Source of the DNA: Dehalococcoidia bacterium
GTDB taxonomy: Bacteria; Chloroflexota; Dehalococcoidia; Dehalococcoidales; BS750m-G39
Assembly: GCA_050124895.1 (NCBI GenBank)
Contig: JASFEJ010000001.1
Coordinates: 1 to 38,221 of the forward strand
Length of the DNA: 38,221 bases
Reading direction: 5' to 3'
Of the stretch, positions 8,068 through 15,928 are shown one piece after another. Every line of letters begins with the position of its first letter. The stretch's first letter is position 1. The notes beneath the pieces are model-generated. The model saw nothing but the letters and a program-made list of their open reading frames with translations, had not been told where the DNA came from and made no database searches. The translations under genes and the position numbers were made by a program.

Positions 8068-8658
8068 TTAGCGATTCACCTCACGGACAATTTTGTCCAG
8101 CACGGGGCTAATATCCCGCGAGCTATCGGCGACATAGTGTTTGCGACTGATTTTCTCTCGCTGGGGCTTCATCTTGCGGTAGACCTCCCAATCGGCGTCC
8201 GAATGATTTCCGGCATTGCCGCCGTTTTTTCTGGCTTCCAGCCGCTTATAGACCAGCGGCGGCGGCGCTTCCACTCTTACCAGAATCAATCGGGCGTCGA
8301 GGCGGTCGGCGATGCTGTATAAGCCTTCGCGGTCCCGCTCCGAGAGGTTGGTGGCGTCGAGGATGAGGGGAATACCCTTCTTAAGCAGCTTCTCGATAAG
8401 GCGGTGCAGCGCCTTAAAGAGGCGGGCGCTCTCCTCGGGGCTGTAGCTCGGCGGCGAGAAAAGCATCTTCCGCAGGGCGTCGCTTTCCAGGATAAGGAAG
8501 GGCAGCCTCTCGGCCAGTCTGGCGCAGAAGTAGGACTTTCCCGTTCCCGGCAGGCCGCTGACAGCGACAAAAGCCGGCTTGACCACCGGCTCGGGGAGCT
8601 CCCCCAGCCCGTCAGTCAGCCGCTGCAGGTCGAAAACAAGCTGACTAACCACAATCAC
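8068..8658 (-). CDS. P-loop ATPase/kinase (AAA_33-like)
   Basis: 196 aa. Walker A GLPGTGKS and a Walker B-like LILDATN. TATAAT (8659-8664) abuts the GTG start, so the true start may be the GTG at 8652 on a leaderless mRNA. Confidence 0.8.
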   Translation of the reverse strand: MIVVSQLVFDLQRLTDGLGELPEPVVKPAFVAVSGLPGTGKSYFCARLAERLPFLILESDALRKMLFSPPSYSPEESARLFKALHRLIEKLLKKGIPLILDATNLSERDREGLYSIADRLDARLILVRVEAPPPLVYKRLEARKNGGNAGNHSDADWEVYRKMKPQREKISRKHYVADSSRDISPVLDKIVREVNR

Positions 8659-8715
8659 ATTATAGAGGGTTTAGCCTCTTTTGGCTAGACATAATTACGA
8701 CAAAAACCGGAAAAA

Positions 8716-9603
8716 TTACCTTAAAGCATCGTCGAAGAAAGCGGTTACCATGGCTATATACTCATCGGGGTAGCTGACGTAGGCCTCGACGTGGCCGCAA
8801 TCGGAGATAAGCCAGAGCTGGTTCAGCGGGTTATTGGAGGCCGCCAGCAGGCTGTGGGCGTGCGCCGCGGGCACGGTATCATCGAGCTCGCCCTGGATAA
8901 AGAGAATGGGGCGGGGGGCGATATCGCCCACCACCTCAATAGGCTTGACGGCGGTGAAGTCGATGCCGTACATCATCTTGACCATAAAGAGCAGAGGCCT
9001 AAGGAAAAACCTGGGGAAGAAGGTACGCTCGGCGAACTGGGGTTCAATCATGTCGTTGAGGTCGGCGTAGGCGCTGTCGGTGACGATAACGTCGATATCG
9101 TCACACTCGGCGGCGGTCATAATGGCGGTGGCTCCCCCCATGGAAAAGCCCAAAACCCCGATATCCTCAAAGCCCAGGTCTTTCACGTAGTCAACGGCAC
9201 CGCCCAGGTCCCTGACCTCATAATAGCCCGCCGACATCCTGCCTCCCTCGGATTCGCCGTGTCCCCGCATATCGAACATGAGGACGTTGTAGCCATGCCC
9301 CACCAGCTCGCAGGCGATAGCCAGCATCTCAACGTTGGGGTCGGCGCGGTGCTGCTCAGCACCATGCACCATAATAATGACTTCGTTACCTTCGGCGGGC
9401 AGATACCAGCCGTGAAGGGTCAGCTCGTCAACGCGGCTGGGGAAGGAAACATCTTCATAGTCAAGCCCACAGAGAGCCGGGGTCTCGGTAATAAGCACCC
9501 TCTCTATAGCCGTCATCGAGTGTCCCAGGTAGACCGAAATCCCCAGGAAGACAGCGATGACCGCCAGAAGGACGCAAAGTATGACCTTTAGCCACCACTT
9601 CAT
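8716..9603 (-). CDS. membrane-anchored alpha/beta hydrolase
   Basis: 295 aa. N-terminal TM helix, nucleophile elbow GFSMGG, and Asp/His candidates (GELDD, CGHVEAY). Confidence 0.85.
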   Translation of the reverse strand: MKWWLKVILCVLLAVIAVFLGISVYLGHSMTAIERVLITETPALCGLDYEDVSFPSRVDELTLHGWYLPAEGNEVIIMVHGAEQHRADPNVEMLAIACELVGHGYNVLMFDMRGHGESEGGRMSAGYYEVRDLGGAVDYVKDLGFEDIGVLGFSMGGATAIMTAAECDDIDVIVTDSAYADLNDMIEPQFAERTFFPRFFLRPLLFMVKMMYGIDFTAVKPIEVVGDIAPRPILFIQGELDDTVPAAHAHSLLAASNNPLNQLWLISDCGHVEAYVSYPDEYIAMVTAFFDDALR

Positions 9604-9636
9604 GGAAAGTACACCTCTAGCGCTACAGCCGCCCGA

Positions 9637-10497
9637 TTAGTCATCCTTATAAAAAGCCAGCCCCAGTGTCCCGGTACCGGTGGCGTAACCCATCACCGGG
9701 CTGAAGCCGGTGAGCCAGAGCTCGGCACAATTAAAGGCGGCGGCAACGCGCTCCTTCAGCTTTTCGCCCTCTTCCTGAGCAAAGGCGTGCATCACCGCCA
9801 CGTGGACCGGGCTCTTCCCCACCGTTTCCCTCATCGTCTTCAGCATCCGCACTATGCCCCGCTCGCGGCTCCTCACCACGCCCATAAACTTGACCACTCC
9901 TTCTCTAACGGTGAGCACCGGACGAATACTGAGCACCGAGCCAGCCAGGGCGGCTACCTTGGGTATGCGCCCGGTGCGGTAAACGTGGCGAATGGTATCC
10001 AGGAAGGCGACCATGGCCACCCTGCCCCTCATCTCCTCGGCGGCTTTGACCACCTCGGCCAGGCTCCTGCCCTCCTCGGCGGCTCTAGCCGCCGCTAAAA
10101 CGACAAATCCCTCGGCGGCGGTGACCGTCTGGGAATCAAGCACCTCTATGGTAAGCCCGGGGATTTCAGCCTGGAGGCGTCTCTTAACGTCTAGGACGCT
10201 GTTATAGACCACGCTCAGCTTGGAGGAGAGGGTGATACAAATAATGCTGTCGGCTTCCCGGCTGGCGGCGCGGCAGGCTTCCATCCACTCCAGGGGATTG
10301 CTCCCCGAGGTCCTGAAGGCATCGGGGTCTTTCAAAAACAGCTCGTAGGCTTCGTCGGGGGTGAGATCCACCCAGTCCTTATAGGTCTTATCGCCGAAGT
10401 AGATACTGATTGGAGCAATCCTGATGCCGTACTGCTCCACCAGCTCCCTGGTGAGACAAGCTATGCTGTCAGTGATGACGGCTACCTTTTGCGCCAT
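9637..10497 (-). CDS. DegV family (fatty-acid-binding, FakB-like) protein
   Basis: The track ORF runs to 10605, but its first 36 codons overlap the upstream DegV gene and are Arg-rich junk. The DegV-typical start MAQKVAVITDS is the ATG at 10497. Confidence 0.88.
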   Translation of the reverse strand: MAQKVAVITDSIACLTRELVEQYGIRIAPISIYFGDKTYKDWVDLTPDEAYELFLKDPDAFRTSGSNPLEWMEACRAASREADSIICITLSSKLSVVYNSVLDVKRRLQAEIPGLTIEVLDSQTVTAAEGFVVLAAARAAEEGRSLAEVVKAAEEMRGRVAMVAFLDTIRHVYRTGRIPKVAALAGSVLSIRPVLTVREGVVKFMGVVRSRERGIVRMLKTMRETVGKSPVHVAVMHAFAQEEGEKLKERVAAAFNCAELWLTGFSPVMGYATGTGTLGLAFYKDD

Positions 10498-10511
10498 AAA
10501 CAGGCGCCTCC

Positions 10512-11363
10512 TCAGTCTTCGGAATAAAAGGAAACCCCGATTACCCCCGGCCCGCAGTGAACTCCGGCCACGGGAGCCCAATCGTTGATGAAAATCTCGG
10601 TGCAATCGAAGAGCGATGATATCTGTGACTTAAGATGGCCGGCTTCCTCGGGCACATTGGCATGGTCAATGCTCACGTGCAGCCGTCCCCTTACCCTCTC
10701 CTGCATGAGCTCCAGCAGCCGCCTTATTGCCTTGGGTCGGCTTCGCACCCGTTCCAGCGGCTCGATGGCACCGGTGGTGTTGGGCACCTCCAGAATAGGC
10801 TTGATACTGAGCATCGTCCCCGCCCACTGGGCGGCTTTACCGATGCGCCCCCCCTTGGCCAGGTATTTAAGGGTATCCAGAGTAAGTATCAGGTTAACCC
10901 GCTTTTGCACGTCTTGAGCCACTTTGAGCACATCGGGCAATGACTTGCAGGCGGCGGCTGCCTTGGCCGCCGCCAGGACGACAAAGCCGTAAGCCCCCAC
11001 CGCCGTCCGTGAGTCCATAATCTCCATCGGCACTTCGGCAAAGCTCTCCCTGGCCGTCAGCGCCGCCTGCAGACCCATGTGGCTGAACCCCGAGCTTACC
11101 AGGATACAGGCGATGGAATCAGCGCTTTTAGCCACCCTCTGGAAGGAATCGATGAAATCCTGGGGTGAGGGGGCTGACGTCGTCGGCAACTCCTTGGCCT
11201 GCCCCAGCTTAACGTAGAATTCACTGGGCACCAGGTCTACGCCGTCGCGATAGATGGTAGTGCCAAAGATAATGGTCTCCGGCACCAGCTCGATGTTATA
11301 CTTCGCTATCAGCTCCCTGGGCAAACAGACCGAGCTATCGGCGACTACCCTGATTCCAGGCAT
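10512..11363 (-). CDS. DegV family (fatty-acid-binding, FakB-like) protein, paralog 2
   Basis: 283 aa. IRVVADSSVCLP ... TTSAPSP ... GRIGKAA pattern typical of DegV. Tandem with 9637..10497. Confidence 0.9.
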   Translation of the reverse strand: MPGIRVVADSSVCLPRELIAKYNIELVPETIIFGTTIYRDGVDLVPSEFYVKLGQAKELPTTSAPSPQDFIDSFQRVAKSADSIACILVSSGFSHMGLQAALTARESFAEVPMEIMDSRTAVGAYGFVVLAAAKAAAACKSLPDVLKVAQDVQKRVNLILTLDTLKYLAKGGRIGKAAQWAGTMLSIKPILEVPNTTGAIEPLERVRSRPKAIRRLLELMQERVRGRLHVSIDHANVPEEAGHLKSQISSLFDCTEIFINDWAPVAGVHCGPGVIGVSFYSED

Positions 11364-11426
11364 AGCAAGGCACCTCCTTCAAACCAACGACATGGACTAC
11401 ACCACCCATCCCTGAACCATGTTAAC

Positions 11427-12326
11427 TTAACCGCTATGCTTCAGCGTTCGCTCCACTAAAGCCGGGCTTATCAGCAGAATCAGCATCACTAAGATTAGAG
11501 CTAAAAAGGCGGGTACGCTGAGCCTGCCATCTGCATAATAGGCAATCATGGTCAGGGTTATCAGCCCCGTCAACATCAGGACCGATATCCTCAGCCATCG
11601 TTTTCGCAAGCGGATAAATGTGGTGACGGCTACCCCCAGCGAGAGGAAGGTTAACCCTATCCAGGGGGCAAAATCCCGAAGGTGCTGCAGCCAGTAAGCG
11701 GGAGCCCTGTCCACCGGCTCGACCGCCAGGAACCAGCCGATGATTATAGGCAGCGGCAGCAACATCAGCGAGCTGTACAACCAGTCCCGCTTTATCTTCT
11801 TCAGCGTAAAGGCGCAGACCAGCCACAAAGCCATGGGAATGTAGATGATTATGGCAACCCAGGCCAACCCCTGCGGCAGATAGAGAAGGAGCAGCCCGGC
11901 GAAGACCACCGGCAGTAGGGAATAACCCAGCCAGGAGAAAAGCCAGGAAGGCTTACCCCGCCACCACCCGTAGACCACCACGCTGAGGAGTACCACCAGC
12001 GCGGTCAACAGCCCGATAATACCCTGCCACCAGCTGAGGGCAAAGAGGAGGCCGAAAAGCAGGTGGGGCATGGCGGTAAACAGCGCCTGGCTCCAGCTAC
12101 CCTGGCTGTGGCTCTCGTATATCTGGTGGGCTAGCGTCTTGGCCGAGCCCATAAGCTGCAAGCAGGCATCAGCCGCCTCTTCATCCGAGAGCCCGGCATC
12201 CTTCAGCTCCTGGAGCTCATCCTCAATATGCGTCTCCAGCTCATGGATGACCTCCTGCTCCGTGGAGCGGTCAAGCTTCAGGTTCTCCCGCACCATTTCC
12301 AGATAGTGACTCAGCGCCGTTGCCAT
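11427..12326 (-). CDS. polytopic membrane protein with N-terminal soluble helical domain (DUF1700/HAAS-like), PadR partner
   Basis: 299 aa. About 70 aa of acidic helical N-terminus (YLEMVRENLKL...EEVIHELETHIEDEL) followed by about 6 TM segments. SD TGAGGT at 6-nt spacing. Starts 14 nt after the padR stop. Confidence 0.75.
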   Translation of the reverse strand: MATALSHYLEMVRENLKLDRSTEQEVIHELETHIEDELQELKDAGLSDEEAADACLQLMGSAKTLAHQIYESHSQGSWSQALFTAMPHLLFGLLFALSWWQGIIGLLTALVVLLSVVVYGWWRGKPSWLFSWLGYSLLPVVFAGLLLLYLPQGLAWVAIIIYIPMALWLVCAFTLKKIKRDWLYSSLMLLPLPIIIGWFLAVEPVDRAPAYWLQHLRDFAPWIGLTFLSLGVAVTTFIRLRKRWLRISVLMLTGLITLTMIAYYADGRLSVPAFLALILVMLILLISPALVERTLKHSG

Positions 12327-12340
12327 TTCATAACCTCAGA

Positions 12341-12676
12341 TCAGTCAGATTCGGGCCGAATAATCAGGTTCATCGCCGCCAGGAAGTCCAGCCACTGGCT
12401 CCGCTTGGTCTCCAGGCTGTGGAGCCCCTTCTCCGTGATGTGATAATACCGGCGCTGCCGGCCGTTGGGCAACATCTGCCACTTGCCCTCGATTAAGCTC
12501 GCCTGCTCCAGGCGATGCAGAGCCGGATAGAGAGTGCCTTCCTTAAAGCGGAAATAGCCCTGGCTCTTGCGCTCCAGCTCCTTTATAATCTGGTAGCCGT
12601 ACATCGGCTGCTGGTCCAGCAGGCAAAGGATTAAGGAATCGAAACTGCCCTTGATTAGTTCACGTCGCTGTGCCAT
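12341..12676 (-). CDS. PadR family transcriptional regulator
   Basis: Winged-helix PadR motif YGYQIIKELE...EGTLYPALHRLE. I prefer the ATG at 12676 (SD GAGGTGA just upstream) over the GTG at 12700 given by the track. Confidence 0.9.
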   Translation of the reverse strand: MAQRRELIKGSFDSLILCLLDQQPMYGYQIIKELERKSQGYFRFKEGTLYPALHRLEQASLIEGKWQMLPNGRQRRYYHITEKGLHSLETKRSQWLDFLAAMNLIIRPESD

Positions 12677-12718
12677 ACACTCACCTCGTTTGAAAAACAC
12701 CTAGTGACTCTATGCATT

Positions 12719-12748
12719 ATAATAATACACCAACCATTGCTTTGCAAT
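12719..12748 (-). promoter_or_regulatory. padR promoter (TTGCAA-17-TATTAT) with overlapping palindrome ATTGC-TTT-GCAAT
   Basis: Minus strand: -35 TTGCAA (12742-12747), 17-nt spacer, -10 TATTAT (12719-12724). A 5-3-5 palindrome at 12736-12748 overlaps the -35 and is a candidate autoregulatory operator. Confidence 0.4.
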
Positions 12749-12819
12749 ATATTCTAAAGCCAAAAGGGCGAAGTTTGCTATATTTCCTAAAATTAGAAAA
12801 AGATAAAGGACGGGCTAGC

Positions 12820-13077
12820 CAAGGCAGCAGTCCCCTCGTAGTCCCGGTGAGTCTAGACTAGACCGATAGCTCATATCCAGCCGCACTATTTTTTAATCGA
12901 GAAGGCGGCAAAGAAGGCCAGCACCGCGGCTATGCCTCCGAAGACGTAATCAACCCAATCGCCGGTAATAACCGTGTTCAGGGCCACCCACACACCCAGA
13001 GAACAGATGGCTAAACTTAGCATTCTCATTATCTAGCACTCACCTCCTTTCCTTTTTATATCGGGACTGCTGCCTTG
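12820..13077. repeat. perfect 15-bp inverted repeat (CAAGGCAGCAGTCCC / GGGACTGCTGCCTTG) bracketing a mini-ORF
   Basis: Arms at 12820-12834 and 13063-13077 are exact reverse complements, 228 nt apart. They enclose the SD and the whole 47-codon ORF at 12886..13029. Confidence 0.9.
12886..13029 (-). CDS. hypothetical 47-aa hydrophobic membrane peptide
   Basis: Not in the track because it is under 60 aa. AAAGGAGGTGA SD at 13040-13050, ATG at 13029, TAG at 12886-12888. Translation: MRMLSLAICSLGVWVALNTVITGDWVDYVFGGIAAVLAFFAAFSIKK, two hydrophobic stretches with a KK C-terminus. Confidence 0.5.
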   Translation of the reverse strand: MRMLSLAICSLGVWVALNTVITGDWVDYVFGGIAAVLAFFAAFSIKK

Positions 13078-13125
13078 ACGAAGATAGCTTGTTAATCTAT
13101 ATACATAGTAATTCTAGGTATATAC

Positions 13126-13154
13126 AATATAGCATAAGTCACCTTTCTTGGCAA
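13126..13154 (-). promoter_or_regulatory. candidate promoter for the mini-ORF (TTGCCA-17-TATATT)
   Basis: Minus strand: TTGCCA (13149-13154), 17-nt spacer, TATATT (13126-13131). Predicts a 5' UTR of about 90 nt that contains the upstream IR arm. Confidence 0.4.
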
Positions 13155-13180
13155 TAGCTAATCAAGGAACAATTGGGTTT

Positions 13181-14422
13181 TTAGGGAGAAAATTCCCCTA
13201 AGATCAGACAGCCGTTGGTGCTGCCGAAGCCGAAGGAGTTAGAGAGGACGATTTTGACCTCGGCCTTCCGGGCCTCATTGGGCACGTAGTCGAGGTCGCA
13301 CTCGGGGTCGGGGGTCTCGTAGTTGATGGTGGGGGGGATAATGCCGTCCCTGATGGTGAGCAGGCTGGCGATAGCCTCTATTACCCCCGCCCCCGCCCAG
13401 AGGTGCCCCATCATTGATTTATTGGCGCTGACCGGTATCTTATGGGCGCGCTCACCGAAGAGGCTCTTGATAGCCCTGGTCTCGGAGAGGTCATTGAGCT
13501 GCGTCGAGGTGCCGTGGGCGTTGATATAGTCAACCTGGTCGGGGGAGATGCCCGCGTCCTCCAAAGCCAGCCTCATGCAGCTGGCGGCACCCTTACCCTC
13601 GGGGTCGGGGGCGGTGATGTGATAGGCGTCGCTGTTTAAGCCGTAGCCCAGCACCTCGCCGTAAATCTCAGCCCCCCGCTTCCGGGCGGACTCCAATTCT
13701 TCCAGTATGACCATGCCCGCCCCTTCGCCGATGATAAAGCCGTCGCGCCCCTTATCGAAGGGGCGGCTGGCTCGCTCGGGGGCATCGTTGCGGGCCGACA
13801 TCACCTTAAGAGGGTCTAAGCCGGCAAAGACCAGCGGCCTGATGGCCGCCTCGGTGCCGCCGGCAATCATGGCATCGACCTCGCCGCGCTGGATAACGAT
13901 AGCGGCGTCGCCGATAGCGTGCGTCCCCGAGGCACAGGCGGTCACCGTGCACATATTGGCGCCCTTAGCCCCGAAGGTGATGGCGACCTGTCCCGTAGCC
14001 ATGTTGCCAAGGAAACTGGGGACAAAGAAGGGGGAAATCTGCTGCCGCTTTCCCCTAACCAGAAGCTCGTGGTTCCTCTCGATACTCTCGATACCGCCCA
14101 TAGCCGTCCCCACCGAGACCCCCACCCGCTCGTCATTGCTGGCGTCTATCTTAAGTTCCGAATCTTCCAGCGCCATTCGCGCCGCCGCCAGGGCGAAGTG
14201 GATGAAGCGGTCTCCCCGCCTCACCAGCTTACGGTCGATGAAGTCGTGGGGGTCAAAGCCCTTGACCTCACCGGCAATGCGGGTACGGAACTGGCTGGCG
14301 TCGAAATGGGTGACCGGCCCCACCCCCGACTGCCCCCGGCACAAAGCCTGCCAGCTTACCTCCGTCCCCACCCCCAACGGGGTCACCATGCCCATTCCGG
14401 TGACGACTACTCTTCGTTTCAT
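13181..14422 (-). CDS. fabF: 3-oxoacyl-ACP synthase II (KAS II)
   Basis: 413 aa. Cys-His-His triad context present: TACASGTHAIGDA, NAHGTSTQLND, NKSMMGHLWAGAG. The start abuts the stop of the upstream ligase gene. Confidence 0.93.
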   Translation of the reverse strand: MKRRVVVTGMGMVTPLGVGTEVSWQALCRGQSGVGPVTHFDASQFRTRIAGEVKGFDPHDFIDRKLVRRGDRFIHFALAAARMALEDSELKIDASNDERVGVSVGTAMGGIESIERNHELLVRGKRQQISPFFVPSFLGNMATGQVAITFGAKGANMCTVTACASGTHAIGDAAIVIQRGEVDAMIAGGTEAAIRPLVFAGLDPLKVMSARNDAPERASRPFDKGRDGFIIGEGAGMVILEELESARKRGAEIYGEVLGYGLNSDAYHITAPDPEGKGAASCMRLALEDAGISPDQVDYINAHGTSTQLNDLSETRAIKSLFGERAHKIPVSANKSMMGHLWAGAGVIEAIASLLTIRDGIIPPTINYETPDPECDLDYVPNEARKAEVKIVLSNSFGFGSTNGCLILGEFSP

Positions 14423-15928
14423 CTAAAGCTTTTCCTTATCAATTCTGCCGTCGGCGGTCTTGGGTAAGGACTCGGTAAAGATAACCTGCCGCGGCACCTT
14501 ATAGTTAGCCAGATGCTCCAGGCAAAACTGTTTTATCTCCGTTTCGTTACTCTTCTTTCCCGCCTTTAGCCTGATAACCGCCCTCGGTACCTCACCCCTC
14601 GATTCGTCGGCGACGCCGACCACCGCCACCTCAGCCACCTTGGGATGAGTGCCGATCACGGTTTCAATATCGCTGGAGTAGATATTCTGACCCTTGTTGA
14701 TGAACATATCCTTCTTGCGACGGGGAGAGAGAAAAAGCCATCCTTCTTTATCACGCCAGCCGATATCGCCGGTATAGAGCCAGCCGTCCTTAACCACCTG
14801 GGCCGTCGCCGCAGGGCTGTTGTAGTAGCCGTTCATGATGGGCCCCCGGACTACTATCTCGCCCCTCTCGCCTGCGGGCAGTTCCCCACCGTCGTCATCG
14901 ACTATTTTCAATTCCCAGCCGGGCAGGGTCTGGCCCACCGATTTGGCCGGGCTGCTACCGTCGAGGGCGGTGCAGCTAACCTGAGCCGCCGATTCGGTCA
15001 TGCCCCAGAAATTGACCGGCGTCAGGCCGACATACTCTTTAACCTTTTGGGCGATGGCAGCGGGCATGGCCGAGCCAGCCGTACCCCACATGCGCAGCGA
15101 GCTTATGTTGTGCTTTACCCCCTCCAGCTCGATAGCCTCCACAATCAGGCCGTGAACGAAGGGCACCCCCATGAATATGGTCGCCTTCTCTTTTTCGATA
15201 AGCTCGAAAAGGCTGTCCACGGACAGGCCGGAGAGAATGGCCACCGTGCTGCCCCGGCTGATGGCCGTCATCATGATGACCACCAGCCCGAAGGCATGGT
15301 GCATGGGTAGAGCGCACAAGACCACGATATCCTTATCCGTCTGCTGAAAGCTGTCCGCCGATATCTCCGCCTCTTCGGCCAGCGCCCCGTGGGACATGGC
15401 CACTCCGCGGGGATGAAAAGAAGGTCCCGAGCTGTAGGCGATGTGGGCCAAATCGGTCGGTTCCGGCTCGAAAGCCACCGGCGCAGCGGAACTTTGAGAG
15501 ATAATCTCATCGTAGCTGAGGATGTTCCCCCGGCTCTTGCCGCCGAGGGCGATTACTTTTTCTACAAAGGGGAACTTATCCAGCGCCGGAGCTATTTGCT
15601 CCAGGCAGGGGTCTTCGGTGAATATTATCTTAGGAGCGGCATCGTTGCCCAGGGAAATCAGCTCGGTGAGCTTGTACTTAGGGTCGAGCAGGACGGCGAT
15701 AGCCCCGATTTTGACTATCCCGAAGTAGATAGCGACGAACTCGGGGCTGTTGGTCAGCAGCAGGACGACCCGGTCGCCCTTAGTTATCCCCATCCCCACC
15801 AGGGCGTTGGCTACCCTGTTCGAGGCCGTGTCCAGCTCGGCGTAGGACAGCCGGCGCTTATCACTGACGATGACCGTCTTGCCCGCGTAGCGCTTTGCCG
15901 CCCGCTCCAGCATCTGTTTCAGATTCAT
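14423..15928 (-). CDS. AMP-dependent synthetase/ligase (acyl-CoA or acyl-ACP ligase family)
   Basis: 501 aa. ANL motifs WGMTES, YTGDIG, RRKKDMFINKGQNIYSSDIE, PKTADGRIDK. The P-loop is divergent (YSSGPSFHPRGV instead of T/SSGTTGxPKG). Confidence 0.88.
   Translation of the reverse strand: MNLKQMLERAAKRYAGKTVIVSDKRRLSYAELDTASNRVANALVGMGITKGDRVVLLLTNSPEFVAIYFGIVKIGAIAVLLDPKYKLTELISLGNDAAPKIIFTEDPCLEQIAPALDKFPFVEKVIALGGKSRGNILSYDEIISQSSAAPVAFEPEPTDLAHIAYSSGPSFHPRGVAMSHGALAEEAEISADSFQQTDKDIVVLCALPMHHAFGLVVIMMTAISRGSTVAILSGLSVDSLFELIEKEKATIFMGVPFVHGLIVEAIELEGVKHNISSLRMWGTAGSAMPAAIAQKVKEYVGLTPVNFWGMTESAAQVSCTALDGSSPAKSVGQTLPGWELKIVDDDGGELPAGERGEIVVRGPIMNGYYNSPAATAQVVKDGWLYTGDIGWRDKEGWLFLSPRRKKDMFINKGQNIYSSDIETVIGTHPKVAEVAVVGVADESRGEVPRAVIRLKAGKKSNETEIKQFCLEHLANYKVPRQVIFTESLPKTADGRIDKEKL

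Noticed and set aside
8791-9591. Long antisense ORFs in the track. Examples: 8791..9591 (+), 13707..14426 (+), 13919..14467 (+), 31719..32564 (-), 7306..7971 (+), 19303..20007 (+), 18550..19149 (+), 33477..34058 (-), 37585..38061 (-).
   Set aside because: Each lies entirely opposite a gene with unmistakable family motifs (hydrolase, FabF, CCG protein, M42 peptidase, IleS, flavoprotein, Mo subunit). Their translations are low-complexity and rich in Arg, Gly, Pro and Ala, as expected from stop-poor antisense frames of GC-rich coding DNA. They lack SD sequences.
10498-10605. 36-codon N-terminal extension of the first DegV gene (track ORF 9637..10605).
   Set aside because: The extension overlaps the 3' end of the upstream DegV gene and encodes Arg/Gly/Leu-rich sequence unlike any DegV N-terminus. 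The canonical MAQKVAVITDS start is at 10497.
12820-13077. The 15-bp inverted repeats as the termini of a MITE or IS element.
   Set aside because: There are no flanking target-site duplications, no transposase and no second copy in this window. This is not fully excluded, because a genome-wide copy search is needed. The RNA fold-back interpretation is kept as the primary hypothesis.
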